Assembly: GCA_015229115.1 (NCBI GenBank)
Contig: JADGCH010000006.1
Location: 16,538-80,537 of the forward strand
DNA from: Magnetococcales bacterium
GTDB lineage: Bacteria; Pseudomonadota; Magnetococcia; Magnetococcales; JADGCH01
Reading direction: 5' to 3'
DNA: 64,000 bases
The translations under genes were made by a program, and so were the position numbers. Shown here piece by piece: positions 28,683 through 38,728 of this stretch; within the stretch, counting starts at the first letter, position 1; every line of letters starts with the position of its first letter. The notes beneath the pieces are model-generated. The model worked only from the letters and a program-made list of their open reading frames with translations, did not search any database and was not told the DNA's origin.

Positions 28683-30920
28683 GTGACCCATCACCGTTTT
28701 CTGGTAACAGCCCCACGCGGCATAACGGCCATCCTGTACGATGAACTGCGGGAGTTGGGGGTTACCCAGCCGCACCGCAATCGTGAACAGATCTGGTTTG
28801 ATGGAAGCATCGCCCTGGGATACCGCGTTTGTCTCTGGTCACGTCTGGCCAGCCGTGTCATTCTGTTTCTGCGCCAGATTGATGGTATCAGTCTCGATTC
28901 ACTGCGTGACGGGATCAAGTCCGTGCCGTGGCAGGATCACCTGCACCCGGATGGCCGTTTGCGCGTTGATTTCGTCGGTACCAACGACCAGATCCGTCAT
29001 ACCCTGTTCGGTGCCCAAATGGTCAAGGATGCCCTCGTCGACAGTTATCGTGATCGGGGAGTGTCCCGTCCTACCATCGATCTTGATCAGCCGGATCATC
29101 GCATTCACGTCCGTATCGATGGTCATCGGGCCACTATTGGTCTTGATTTATCGGCAGGTGGTTTACATCGCCGCGGTTACCGCCTGGAAAGCGGTGCGGC
29201 GCCGTTGCGCGAAAACCTGGCCGCTGCGCTGCTGCGTCTGGCCGGATGGCGATTTCAACCCTCATCGGCAGAGCCCCTGCTTGATCCATTGTGCGGTTCC
29301 GGTACGTTCCTCATTGAAGCTGGCATGATGGCAGCCGACATAGCCCCTGGCCTGAACAGACAGGGTCAGTCCTTGTCGCACTGGCTAGATTTGCCTGACG
29401 CTCTAAGACGCCAAATGCGCGAAGAAATGGTGGAAAGAGCACAGAACGGCCTACACCAACTCGATCGAATGCAATTGCCCCTCATAGGTTTTGAACTGGA
29501 TGAGCTCACCGTAGCCAAGGCTCAAGCCAATCTGGCACGTGCCGGTCTCACTGGTCAGGTCCACATTGAACAAAATTCGCTGCAGCAGTTGCTAGCCACC
29601 ATACCGCCCCAACAACTGGCCGGAGTGACCCATGGGCTGCTATTGACCAACCCGCCCTATGGTCATCGCACCGGTAGCATCGATCGGGTTCACATCATTC
29701 AGGCACAACTTCATGAACTGTTATCCAACAGCTCCCTGTTTCGACAGTGGCGTGGAGCCGTGATCAATTGTGCCATGGACGATAGCCCAACACCTTTTCA
29801 GACTGGTACAGGCTGGCAGGCAGAACCATCGACGCTCCATAATGGTCCACTGGCCTGCCAACTGTGGTTATGGCAACCGCGGCAGCAGCACCAACCGGTA
29901 CCAGCCACTCAAAGCTCGTTATCTCAACCAGGCTCGTTATATCAACCCGCTGTGGTGCCAGTCTCTCCTCCACCAGCTGTCGACTTGGCCAATCGGCTGC
30001 GTAATAACCAGAAACGTCTGAAAAACTGGCTACGGCGCGAGGCCATCCAATGCTACCGTCTTTACGATGCTGATTTGCCAGAATATGCTGTGGCCGTCGA
30101 TATCTACGGCGATCGTGTCCATATCCAGGAATATCAGGCACCTGCCACCATTGAACCCGCTAAGGCAGCTGAGAGACTGCAACAGGTCCTGGTGACTGTA
30201 TCCCAAGTTCTGGAGGTCTCGCCATCACACATTCACCTGAAGCAACGTGCACCACAAAAAGGTGCCAACCAGTATGGCAAGATGGCCGATACTGGTCAGT
30301 TGGTAGCTGTAGCAGAGGATGGATTACAGTTCCTGGTCAATCTGTCCGACTATCTTGATAGTGGTCTGTTTCTCGATCATCGGCGCACACGGGCCATGAT
30401 CCGTTCCATGGCGGCCGGACGTTCCTTTCTCAACCTGTTTGGCTACACCGGCAGTGCCACGGTTTATGCGGCAGCCGGTGGTGCCCGAAGCACCACGACC
30501 GTTGATCTTTCCCGTACCTATCTTGACTGGGCGCGCCGCAATATGGCCCTGAACGGCTTTCAGCAACCGCACCATGAACTGATTCAGGCCGATTGCCTGT
30601 TATGGATCGCTGCATCAGAAGCCAGCTATGATCTCATCTTCCTTGATCCGCCCACCTTCTCCAATTCGAAGAGAATGCGATCACATCTTGATTTACAACG
30701 TGATCATGTTGCATTATTGATGCAGACAATGGGGCTATTGAATCCTGATGGAATTCTGTTATTCTCTAGCAACTATGCACGATTTCGACTGGACCGTGAC
30801 GCATTGCCGGATGGCTGGCGCTATCAGGATTTATCCCGTGCGACACGATCGCCCGACTTTGACCGGAAGACACGCTATCATCATTGCTGGCGTATCGAAC
30901 GTATGGCTCACAAGGCTTGA
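28683..30920 (+). CDS. rlmL: Bifunctional 23S rRNA methyltransferase RlmKL
   Basis: THUMP domain, LHRRGYR, APLRENLAAA, DPLCGSGT, TNPPYG, then YRLYDADLPEY, GLFLDHR, DPPTFSNSK. Confidence 0.93.
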   Translation: MTHHRFLVTAPRGITAILYDELRELGVTQPHRNREQIWFDGSIALGYRVCLWSRLASRVILFLRQIDGISLDSLRDGIKSVPWQDHLHPDGRLRVDFVGTNDQIRHTLFGAQMVKDALVDSYRDRGVSRPTIDLDQPDHRIHVRIDGHRATIGLDLSAGGLHRRGYRLESGAAPLRENLAAALLRLAGWRFQPSSAEPLLDPLCGSGTFLIEAGMMAADIAPGLNRQGQSLSHWLDLPDALRRQMREEMVERAQNGLHQLDRMQLPLIGFELDELTVAKAQANLARAGLTGQVHIEQNSLQQLLATIPPQQLAGVTHGLLLTNPPYGHRTGSIDRVHIIQAQLHELLSNSSLFRQWRGAVINCAMDDSPTPFQTGTGWQAEPSTLHNGPLACQLWLWQPRQQHQPVPATQSSLSQPGSLYQPAVVPVSPPPAVDLANRLRNNQKRLKNWLRREAIQCYRLYDADLPEYAVAVDIYGDRVHIQEYQAPATIEPAKAAERLQQVLVTVSQVLEVSPSHIHLKQRAPQKGANQYGKMADTGQLVAVAEDGLQFLVNLSDYLDSGLFLDHRRTRAMIRSMAAGRSFLNLFGYTGSATVYAAAGGARSTTTVDLSRTYLDWARRNMALNGFQQPHHELIQADCLLWIAASEASYDLIFLDPPTFSNSKRMRSHLDLQRDHVALLMQTMGLLNPDGILLFSSNYARFRLDRDALPDGWRYQDLSRATRSPDFDRKTRYHHCWRIERMAHKA

Positions 30921-30955
30921 TTGACGCAAATGACTGACACAGGGAGTATGCCATA

Positions 30956-31891
30956 ATGGCCGATAAAAAATTTCGTTTAGTGACAAGAAGTGACTTTGAC
31001 GGCTTGGTCTGCGCCGTCCTGTTGAAAGAATTAAACATGATTGATGAAATCAAGTTTGTTCATCCCAAGGACATGCAGGATGGCCGCATTGAGATCACGG
31101 GCAATGATATTACCACCAACCTGCCCTATGTCGATGGCGTGCATCTGGCCTTTGATCATCATGCCAGTGAAGCCATTCGACGCGGTGATAACGCACCCAA
31201 AAATCATGTCATCGACCCACAAGCACCTTCAGCAGCCCGGGTGGTCTACGATTACTTCGGTGGGGACAAGGCTTTTCAGCGCATCTCGCAGGACATGATG
31301 CGCGCTGTCGACAAAGGCGACGCAGCACAGTTCAACCGTGAGGAAATTCTTCACCCAACCGGATGGGACCTGATGAATTTCATCATGGATGCCCGTACCG
31401 GCCTTGGGCGTTTTCGTAATTTCCGCATCTCCAATTACCAGCTCATGATGGAACTGATCGACTACTGCCGCGAACATGACATCAACGAGATCATGCAGCT
31501 GCCAGATATCCAGGAACGGGCGCAGCTTTATGCCGATCATGAGAAGGATTTTATCGCCCAGATTCAACGCTGCAGCACGGTCCACGGCAATCTGGTGGTA
31601 CTGGACCTGCGCCATGAAGAGACCATCTATGCTGGCAATCGATTCATGATCTATGCGCTCTATCCAGACATCAATATTTCGATTCACGTGTTATGGGGCG
31701 TCAAGCAGCAAAATACCGTTTTTGCCATCGGCAAATCGATCCTCAACCGCACCTCCAATACCCATGTTGGGGAACTGGCGCTGCACTACAACGGCGGAGG
31801 ACACCGCAATGCTGGTACCTGCCAGGTTGAGAATGACCAAGCCGAGCAGGTGTTGCAGGAGTTGATTCAGCGTATTAATGCTGATGGTTAA
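30956..31891 (+). CDS. DHH-family phosphoesterase (exopolyphosphatase-related/NrnA-like)
   Basis: RLVTRSDFDGL, FDHH, GGGH motifs. Confidence 0.88.
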   Translation: MADKKFRLVTRSDFDGLVCAVLLKELNMIDEIKFVHPKDMQDGRIEITGNDITTNLPYVDGVHLAFDHHASEAIRRGDNAPKNHVIDPQAPSAARVVYDYFGGDKAFQRISQDMMRAVDKGDAAQFNREEILHPTGWDLMNFIMDARTGLGRFRNFRISNYQLMMELIDYCREHDINEIMQLPDIQERAQLYADHEKDFIAQIQRCSTVHGNLVVLDLRHEETIYAGNRFMIYALYPDINISIHVLWGVKQQNTVFAIGKSILNRTSNTHVGELALHYNGGGHRNAGTCQVENDQAEQVLQELIQRINADG

Positions 31892-32520
31892 CGCGGCAGC
31901 TGACTGGCAGCAGAACCGTTGAAATCGCGCCGTCCTGCCAAGGCCTGATAAAGGGTGGATTCATCCAGATATTCCAGCTCACCCCCCATAGGCAGTCCGT
32001 AAGCCAAGCGGGTGATACGATCGACCAGAGGGGTGGCCAGGGCGGCGAGATACTGCCCTGTCACCTCCCCTTCCACTGTGGGATTGGTGGCAATAATCAA
32101 TTCCTGAATGGTGCCGCTGCGCAAACGGGATTCCAGCGCAGCGATGTGCAGGTCGCTGGGTCCGATGCCATCGATGGGGCTCAAACGCCCCCCCAAAACG
32201 TGATAGACTCCGGTAAAGAGACCAGCCCGTTCGATGGCCAATAAATCGGATGGTTCTTCCAACACACACAGCAGCTGGTGATTACGCTTAGCACTGGAAC
32301 AGACCCAGCACAGCTCGTCCTCGGCCAAGTTGAAACAGCGGCGACACGAGCGTACCCGGTCACGCAGCTGTTCCAGTGCAACCGTAAGATTGCTGATTTC
32401 ACCTGCTCCTTTTTTAAGAAGGAACTGCACCATGCGCTGCGCGCTCTTACGTCCGATCCCTGGGAAACGTGACAAGGACGCGATAACCCGCTCGACCGAT
32501 GGCAATCCTGTAGTGGTCAT
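31888..32520 (-). CDS. recR: Recombination mediator RecR
   Basis: PGIGRKSAQR, C4 Zn finger, ATNPTVEGE, GGELEYLD. Confidence 0.95.
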   Translation of the reverse strand: MTTTGLPSVERVIASLSRFPGIGRKSAQRMVQFLLKKGAGEISNLTVALEQLRDRVRSCRRCFNLAEDELCWVCSSAKRNHQLLCVLEEPSDLLAIERAGLFTGVYHVLGGRLSPIDGIGPSDLHIAALESRLRSGTIQELIIATNPTVEGEVTGQYLAALATPLVDRITRLAYGLPMGGELEYLDESTLYQALAGRRDFNGSAASQLPR

Positions 32521-32531
32521 CCTGTAGCAGT

Positions 32532-32885
32532 TCAGAAAGGTAAATTCAATCCGGGAATATTCAGACCACCTGTCAAAGAGGACATACGCTGCTGCGTCAT
32601 ATCACGCACCTTCTTGTTGGCATCGTTACAAGCAGCCGCCACCAGATCCTCAAGCAGTTCAATGTCGGACGCATTGACCACGCTGGCCTCAATGGTGACC
32701 TTTTGCACCTCGTGATTGCCGCTCATAACCACGGTCACCATGCCTCCGCCCGACTGTCCGGTGACCTGGGTAATGGCCACCTCTTCCTGCATCTTGGCCA
32801 TTTGAGCCTGCATCTGTTGAACCTGCTTGAGCATATTGCCCATGCCGCCCGCATTGCTACCAGCATTACCGCCAAAACCTTTCAT
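32532..32885 (-). CDS. ybaB: YbaB/EbfC nucleoid-associated protein
   Basis: MLKQVQQMQ, GQSGGGMVTV, LEDLVAAACNDA; directly upstream of recR. Confidence 0.93.
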   Translation of the reverse strand: MKGFGGNAGSNAGGMGNMLKQVQQMQAQMAKMQEEVAITQVTGQSGGGMVTVVMSGNHEVQKVTIEASVVNASDIELLEDLVAAACNDANKKVRDMTQQRMSSLTGGLNIPGLNLPF

Positions 32886-32959
32886 GACACAACAATCCTC
32901 CTGTTTCAGTAACCATCCGGGGAGCGTATTCTGCCCTACCCTACCCCATAATGCAAGCC

Positions 32960-34231
32960 TTACCCACTGCCGTTATCCGTCACAACAACCGATAACGCGC
33001 CATGAGCCAGCGTAATTCGCAACGGAGTACCACGATCGATCTGATGACTGTTCCGAATTAATTCTCCCGTCACCGTCATGACGATGGCATAACCGCGTTG
33101 CAGAATAGCCTGTGGAGCCAGGGCCAGCAGACGCTCCTGCAAGGCATTGACATGACGTTGCTGCAGTGACTGCCGCTGCTGAGCCGTTCGTATGAGCCGC
33201 TGTTGTAGCGTTGCCAACCGATTGCGTTGCCAAATCAGATAACGTCCCTGTGACCACGACGTCAGTCGTTCCAGTAGTTCATCACAACGGCGTCTATGGT
33301 GATCAATGGCCTGCCCTGGATGACGCAACCGCAGCTGTTGACGTGCCAAATGGTGTCGATATCCCCTGCATACCGTTCGCATGGCCCGTTGCAAACGTTG
33401 GAACAAATCGGACAGCTGCCGTACCAATCCATCATGATCGGCCATCACCATTTCAGCCGCCGCAGAAGGTGTAGCGGCACGTTGATCCGCCACCAGATCG
33501 GCCAGCGTGGTATCGATTTCATGACCAACGGCACTGACAACCGGTATGGCTGATGCAGCTATCGCTCTGACTACTAGCTCGCTGTTGAAGGCAGACAGAT
33601 CATCGGCCGATCCACCACCACGACCACATAAAATGACCTCGGCACGGCCATCGTCATTGAGTGCACACAGGGCAGCGGCAATAGCCACCGGGGCCTGTTG
33701 ACCCTGGACCGTGGCCGGTGCCAGCAACAGATAAAATCCCGGACAACGTTGCCGTAATACTTTGAGAATATCCTGCAAAGCGGCACCACTGGCTGATGTC
33801 ACCACACCAATCCTGGACGGCAACAGCGGTAATGGACGTTTGCGCGCCTCATCCAGTAACCCTTCAGCACGGAGACGTTGGTGCAGATGCAACAGTCGTT
33901 CCCGCTCCAGACCAGCGCCAACGGCCTGCACACCCTCGATGATAAGCTGGTACTCGCCTCTCGGTGGATAACCATCGACATGGCCCGTGACCAGAAAAGT
34001 GTGCCCCTCTACCAGCGGCGTAGTCAGACGACGTGCCGTTGTGCGCCATAATACCGCTCGGATCTGCGAAGTAGCATCGATCAGGGTCAGATAAATATGA
34101 CCTGACGCAGGCTGACGCATCGACACCACTTCACCCTGGACCTTGACATAGGAAAGCGACTGCTCCAGCAAATCCCGAATGCGCTCATTGAGTGCCGTAA
34201 CTGTCAAAGGAGCGGACCAAGAGTCAGCCAA
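32960..34231 (-). CDS. xseA: Exodeoxyribonuclease VII large subunit
   Basis: SGHIYLTL, GVVTSASGAALQD, GRGGGS, SAVGHEID, ATPSAAAE, LQRGYA; start placed at TTG 34231 (approximate). Confidence 0.93.
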   Translation of the reverse strand: MADSWSAPLTVTALNERIRDLLEQSLSYVKVQGEVVSMRQPASGHIYLTLIDATSQIRAVLWRTTARRLTTPLVEGHTFLVTGHVDGYPPRGEYQLIIEGVQAVGAGLERERLLHLHQRLRAEGLLDEARKRPLPLLPSRIGVVTSASGAALQDILKVLRQRCPGFYLLLAPATVQGQQAPVAIAAALCALNDDGRAEVILCGRGGGSADDLSAFNSELVVRAIAASAIPVVSAVGHEIDTTLADLVADQRAATPSAAAEMVMADHDGLVRQLSDLFQRLQRAMRTVCRGYRHHLARQQLRLRHPGQAIDHHRRRCDELLERLTSWSQGRYLIWQRNRLATLQQRLIRTAQQRQSLQQRHVNALQERLLALAPQAILQRGYAIVMTVTGELIRNSHQIDRGTPLRITLAHGALSVVVTDNGSG

Positions 34232-34244
34232 TCCACCCGCTAAT

Positions 34245-35270
34245 TCAGCCAATTTGCCAAGGACCATAGCTGGTGGGGTGGCCAACACGGAACGTGCCGG
34301 CGTGATGAAAGCCGTAGCGGGGAGGTTGATAGAGTGCCTCTGCCGTTGCCGGCTGATAAAACAGATCACCGCATAAATCGTCGCGCACAAAAAAGGCATT
34401 GATGCCGGTGATGTTGCAACCCACCAATTGATAACCCTTGCGGTTGGCCATGCGGGTCAACGCTGCCAGCGAACAGCCAAAGTAGTCTGTCAACTCATGC
34501 ACCATCCACTCAGCATCGTAACGCATCACGGCCAAAATCGGTGGTGGTAGTTTGGCGTTATATTCGATGACGCAGACACGCGGACGGACTGCGGTCATAC
34601 TCTCGAAGATGTAATAGTCATTGCCGTCAATATCAATACTGACCAAATCGATCTCTTCCGGCAGCCTGAACGATTGCAGCACCTGATTGATGGTCTCAAC
34701 ACGGATCCACTGTTGCGCTACCTGTAAACGTTGTCTCTCAATCAGGGGGGCAAATTTTCGCCGGATAAAAGCAATATTCTGTTCACTGCCATCCATCCAT
34801 ACGCCCTGCCAATCCTGATAGGTCAGCAACAGCGTGTTGTTCTCCAGACCCGTATTAACGCCAAACTCGACGAAGATGCGGTTGGTGGTACCGATACGGC
34901 GGAAAATTTCGGCGATGATGCCATCTTCATCATTCTGGGAGTAGAACTTGGCGCCAAAACGTTCCAAACGACGTGGATCAGCGTAGCATTCCTCGGCAAG
35001 GAGATCGCGATAGAGGCGTTGACCGGCCAACCAGTTGGAAACTACCTCCTGATTGGCCGCCTGAAACATGAGATGGCTGATATGACGCAGTGAATCAACG
35101 ACCTGCTCCAACGGCAACAGCGATTCTGTCTGCATCAGCAACCGCTTGGCATCAGGATGATCGATATGGGACAGAACGCGCTGCAACAGCTCACGTGCTT
35201 CGGAAATCTTCCCCTCACGCAGCTGCTGATAACTATGACGAACGGCCTCATCCAGCGTCAGAGCGGGCAT
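34245..35270 (-). CDS. FkbM-like methyltransferase-domain protein with N-terminal helical segment
   Basis: YSQNDEDGII, FVEFG, SIDIDGNDY, IEYN, KGYQLV, NAFFVR. Confidence 0.7.
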   Translation of the reverse strand: MPALTLDEAVRHSYQQLREGKISEARELLQRVLSHIDHPDAKRLLMQTESLLPLEQVVDSLRHISHLMFQAANQEVVSNWLAGQRLYRDLLAEECYADPRRLERFGAKFYSQNDEDGIIAEIFRRIGTTNRIFVEFGVNTGLENNTLLLTYQDWQGVWMDGSEQNIAFIRRKFAPLIERQRLQVAQQWIRVETINQVLQSFRLPEEIDLVSIDIDGNDYYIFESMTAVRPRVCVIEYNAKLPPPILAVMRYDAEWMVHELTDYFGCSLAALTRMANRKGYQLVGCNITGINAFFVRDDLCGDLFYQPATAEALYQPPRYGFHHAGTFRVGHPTSYGPWQIG

Positions 35271-35289
35271 GGATCGACGACCTCCATCA

Positions 35290-36018
35290 TCATGATGCTG
35301 CTGGAATAGCCAGTTGGATCTCTTTTTGAATCATCTTGATGACCGCAATGGGATCCTCCGCGCGACTGATGGGACGACCGACCACAACATGATCGGCACC
35401 ATTGCGGAAAGCGGCATAAGCGGTCATGATCCGTTTCTGGTCATCCATGGCAATCTCGATATTCTGACCGGGACGAATACCCGGTGTGACGATCAGAAAC
35501 TGGTGACCAATGTGACTACGCAGCTTGCTGGCCTCAAGACCGGAACAAACGATACCATCGCAATCGAGATCCAGCGCCTTGCGAGCCCGTCGTAACACCA
35601 GTTCTTCCACGGTACAGTTAAGACCCATGGCCACCAAGTCGGATTCATCAAAGCTGGTCAGCACGGTAACGGCCAGGATCTTGACATCCCGCCGAGCACT
35701 AACAGCAGCCTGAACAATGGCATCGTTGCCATGAACCGTGGCAAACGTGGCACCACGACGAGCAACCTGCTCCACAGCCAAGCGGACTGTTTCGGGTACG
35801 TCAAAAAACTTGAGATCGACCATGACTTTGTGACCACGTTGCATGATCCAGTCGACAATGGAAAAACTGCCTGCTAGAAACAGCTGTAACCCTACCTTGT
35901 AAAAATGGACATGATCCTCCAGTCTTTCCACCCACTGGCGTGCCTGTTCTGGTGTATCGACATCCAGGGCAAAAATGACCCGTTCGTTAAGAGGAATGTT
36001 TTTAATTGGTGTAGACAT
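35290..36018 (-). CDS. pyrF: Orotidine-5'-phosphate decarboxylase
   Basis: IFALDV, YKVGL, DLKFFDVPETV, VTVLTS, TPGIRP, VVGRPI. Confidence 0.95.
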   Translation of the reverse strand: MSTPIKNIPLNERVIFALDVDTPEQARQWVERLEDHVHFYKVGLQLFLAGSFSIVDWIMQRGHKVMVDLKFFDVPETVRLAVEQVARRGATFATVHGNDAIVQAAVSARRDVKILAVTVLTSFDESDLVAMGLNCTVEELVLRRARKALDLDCDGIVCSGLEASKLRSHIGHQFLIVTPGIRPGQNIEIAMDDQKRIMTAYAAFRNGADHVVVGRPISRAEDPIAVIKMIQKEIQLAIPAAS

Positions 36019-36035
36019 GGCATAACAACTCTATG

Positions 36036-36060
36036 ACCCCCTTCCCGTTGGGAAGGGGGT
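36036..36060. terminator. GC-rich hairpin between petC and pyrF
   Basis: ACCCCCTTCCC-gtt-GGGAAGGGGGT, 11 bp after the petC stop. Confidence 0.6.
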
Positions 36061-36071
36061 GTGGTCAAAAA

Positions 36072-36917
36072 TCAATGATGAATGCGGGCCCATATCCGCC
36101 GTTTGACGGCATAGAACATCACCGTCAGAACAACCAGATAGAGGATAACCTTGATGCCAGCCGACTTACGCTCCATCATGGTGGGTTCGGCGGCCCAAGC
36201 CAGAAAGGTCACCGCATCGTGAGACATTTGCGCAACGGAGCTATGCGTACCATCCTGATAGGTCACTTGGCCGTCAGCTGCCAACGGTGCCGGCATAGCG
36301 AAGAAATTGCCCGGAAAGAACTTGTTGAAGTTATCCCCGTTCTTGATACGCTGTACGGCATCACGAATTTTGTCAGGCTGGTGCGGATCCATCGACAAAA
36401 TCACGGACAATTCCTTGATTTCGGCCTCCGAAACCGTCCCATCTTCCAGAGCACGGTCAATGGCTGCCTTATCCTCGTCTTTCAGGTAACCCGTCAGAAT
36501 GCCATAGAGATAATCTTCATAACCTTTGCGGGCCTTGGTCATCAAGGACAGATCCGGTGGAACGACACCAAACGACTCTTTGGCTGCATCAGCATCGGTG
36601 CTGGATAACATCGCATCCTTGCGGTTTTTGCCAGCAGCTGCCGCTATGGCATTCACTTCCACCTCTGTCAGGCCAATCTGCTTCAACTGGTCAAATTTGA
36701 TGTATTTAACCGAATGGCAGGCTAGGCAGACCTCGGCGACGACCTGGGCGCCACGCTTCATAGCCGCCGTATCAAACTGGCCAAAAGGTCCATGAAAGCT
36801 CCAGTTCTGTTGTGGCAGTGGAGCACCACCCGACGATGCCAGTGCAGCCGTAGCCATCACCGGCAAGATCACCAACACACTCAGCATAGCCTGTAGCATT
36901 TTTAGCAGTTTCATCAT
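36072..36917 (-). CDS. petC: Cytochrome c1
   Basis: Signal peptide, CLACH, PPDLSL, AMPAPL, FLAWAAEP, C-terminal TM. Confidence 0.95.
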   Translation of the reverse strand: MMKLLKMLQAMLSVLVILPVMATAALASSGGAPLPQQNWSFHGPFGQFDTAAMKRGAQVVAEVCLACHSVKYIKFDQLKQIGLTEVEVNAIAAAAGKNRKDAMLSSTDADAAKESFGVVPPDLSLMTKARKGYEDYLYGILTGYLKDEDKAAIDRALEDGTVSEAEIKELSVILSMDPHQPDKIRDAVQRIKNGDNFNKFFPGNFFAMPAPLAADGQVTYQDGTHSSVAQMSHDAVTFLAWAAEPTMMERKSAGIKVILYLVVLTVMFYAVKRRIWARIHH

Positions 36918-36932
36918 CTCTCTCCTCTTCTG

Positions 36933-38141
36933 TTACAGGCTCTTGGGCACAGGACGTGGTTTCTCAATCTTGAAGACCGTGATAAACCACAACAGGAAGA
37001 AATAACTGAAGTAAACTGCCGTCGCTGTACGCCCAACGTAGATAATGGGCAGCGTGCCAAAGACAACGGCATCAGCCGGCTTGTAACCCACCCAGCCCAA
37101 CAGGATGCAGTCCACCACAAAAATCCAGAACAGCTTGCTGGAAATGGGACGATAGCGAAAAGAGCGCACTGGCGAACGATCCAGAAATGGCAGGATGAAA
37201 AGAATGGCAATGGCAGCGCCCATGGCGATGACACCAGCCAACTTGCTCATTTGCCCCAGAAAATCGATGGAACGAAGAATGGCATAAAACGGCAGGAAGT
37301 ACCACTCTGGCACGATATGAGCCGGAGTCTGCATCGGATTGGCCTGAATGTAATTATCGGGCTCAAGAAAGAAATTCGGGGCAAAGAAAACAAAGATACA
37401 GAAGAAAATCAGGAACACCCCCATACCATACAGATCCTTGATGGTGTAGTAGGGATGAAAGGGAATGGTGTCCTTGTGCTCCAGATCAATACCCTCCGGA
37501 TTGTTGGAGTGAACCGCATGCAAGGCCCATACGTGAACCCCAACTGCCCCTACCACAACGAACGGCAACAGGAAGTGAAGGGCAAAGAACCGGTTGAGCG
37601 TTGGATCACCCACCGAAAATCCTCCCCATACCCAAACCACCAAGTCTTCACCAATGGCCGGAATAGCACTCAGCAGGTTGGTGATCACGGCCGCGCCCCA
37701 AAAGGACATCTGACCCCATGGCAGCACATAGCCCATGAAGGCAGTCGCCATCAACAGGAAAAAGATGACTACACCAACCCACCAAAGAATTTCCCGCGGT
37801 TTACGGTGCGAACCATAATACATGCCACGCAGGATATGGATGTAGATGGCAATGAAGAAAAACGTTGCACCGGTGGCGTGCATGTAGCGCAACAGCCAGC
37901 CCCAGTTGACATCCCGCATGATGTGCTCGACGGCATCAAAGGCCAACTTGGCATCAGGCTTGTAATGCATGGCCAGGAAAATACCGCTGAACAGCTGGAT
38001 CATCAGTACCATCAGCGCCAGGGAACCAAAGTTCCACCAATAATTGAGATTTTTCGGGGTTGGGTACTCGACAGCCTGACTCTTGATTACCTCGGTAATG
38101 GGCAGACGTTCATCGACCCATGCCATGATCGATTTAAACAC
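36933..38141 (-). CDS. petB: Cytochrome b
   Basis: WNFGSL, LRYMHATGA, GYVLPWGQMS, HIVPEWYFL. Confidence 0.97.
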   Translation of the reverse strand: MFKSIMAWVDERLPITEVIKSQAVEYPTPKNLNYWWNFGSLALMVLMIQLFSGIFLAMHYKPDAKLAFDAVEHIMRDVNWGWLLRYMHATGATFFFIAIYIHILRGMYYGSHRKPREILWWVGVVIFFLLMATAFMGYVLPWGQMSFWGAAVITNLLSAIPAIGEDLVVWVWGGFSVGDPTLNRFFALHFLLPFVVVGAVGVHVWALHAVHSNNPEGIDLEHKDTIPFHPYYTIKDLYGMGVFLIFFCIFVFFAPNFFLEPDNYIQANPMQTPAHIVPEWYFLPFYAILRSIDFLGQMSKLAGVIAMGAAIAILFILPFLDRSPVRSFRYRPISSKLFWIFVVDCILLGWVGYKPADAVVFGTLPIIYVGRTATAVYFSYFFLLWFITVFKIEKPRPVPKSL

Positions 38142-38174
38142 AGGGAACCCTCCTTAATTTGTCGATGGATCAGA

Positions 38175-38711
38175 TCAGGCCAAGGCCTTGCCGATGACCA
38201 GCGTCTTGTCATTCTTGAATTCATGGTAAGGTACCGCCAGATTTTTCGGTGCCGGACCCTTGCGTATACGACCCGAGGTGTCATAGTGCGTACCATGGCA
38301 CGGGCACAGAAAACCGCCATACTCACCGGTACCAATCGGCTGAGGAACACAACCGAGGTGGGTACAGGATGCCAGCAGCACCAGCCACTCCGGTTTTTTG
38401 GCCCGTTCGACATCCTTCTCCGGATCACGCATGGAGGCGTCACCATCATCCTTGCGGGCCGAGTCGATCTGCTGCTGGGTACGATGCAACACAAAAACCG
38501 GCTTGCCTTGCCACGGCACGGTAATCATCTGACCAGCCTGGATGGAACTCAGATCAACTTCCGTAGTAGCCTGCGCCAGTACATCGGCGGAGGGACTCCA
38601 CGAACGGATGAATGGCCAAGCAGCACCAGCCACCCCCACAGCGCCCACAGCGCCGGTCGCCATGATCAGGAAATCACGACGGTTTTCTTCATGCTGATGA
38701 ACTATAGACAT
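38175..38711 (-). CDS. petA: Rieske iron-sulfur protein
   Basis: Tat motif RRDFL, CTHLGC, CPCHG, GPAP. Confidence 0.97.
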   Translation of the reverse strand: MSIVHQHEENRRDFLIMATGAVGAVGVAGAAWPFIRSWSPSADVLAQATTEVDLSSIQAGQMITVPWQGKPVFVLHRTQQQIDSARKDDGDASMRDPEKDVERAKKPEWLVLLASCTHLGCVPQPIGTGEYGGFLCPCHGTHYDTSGRIRKGPAPKNLAVPYHEFKNDKTLVIGKALA

Positions 38712-38728
38712 GGATATCTGTCCTCCTT

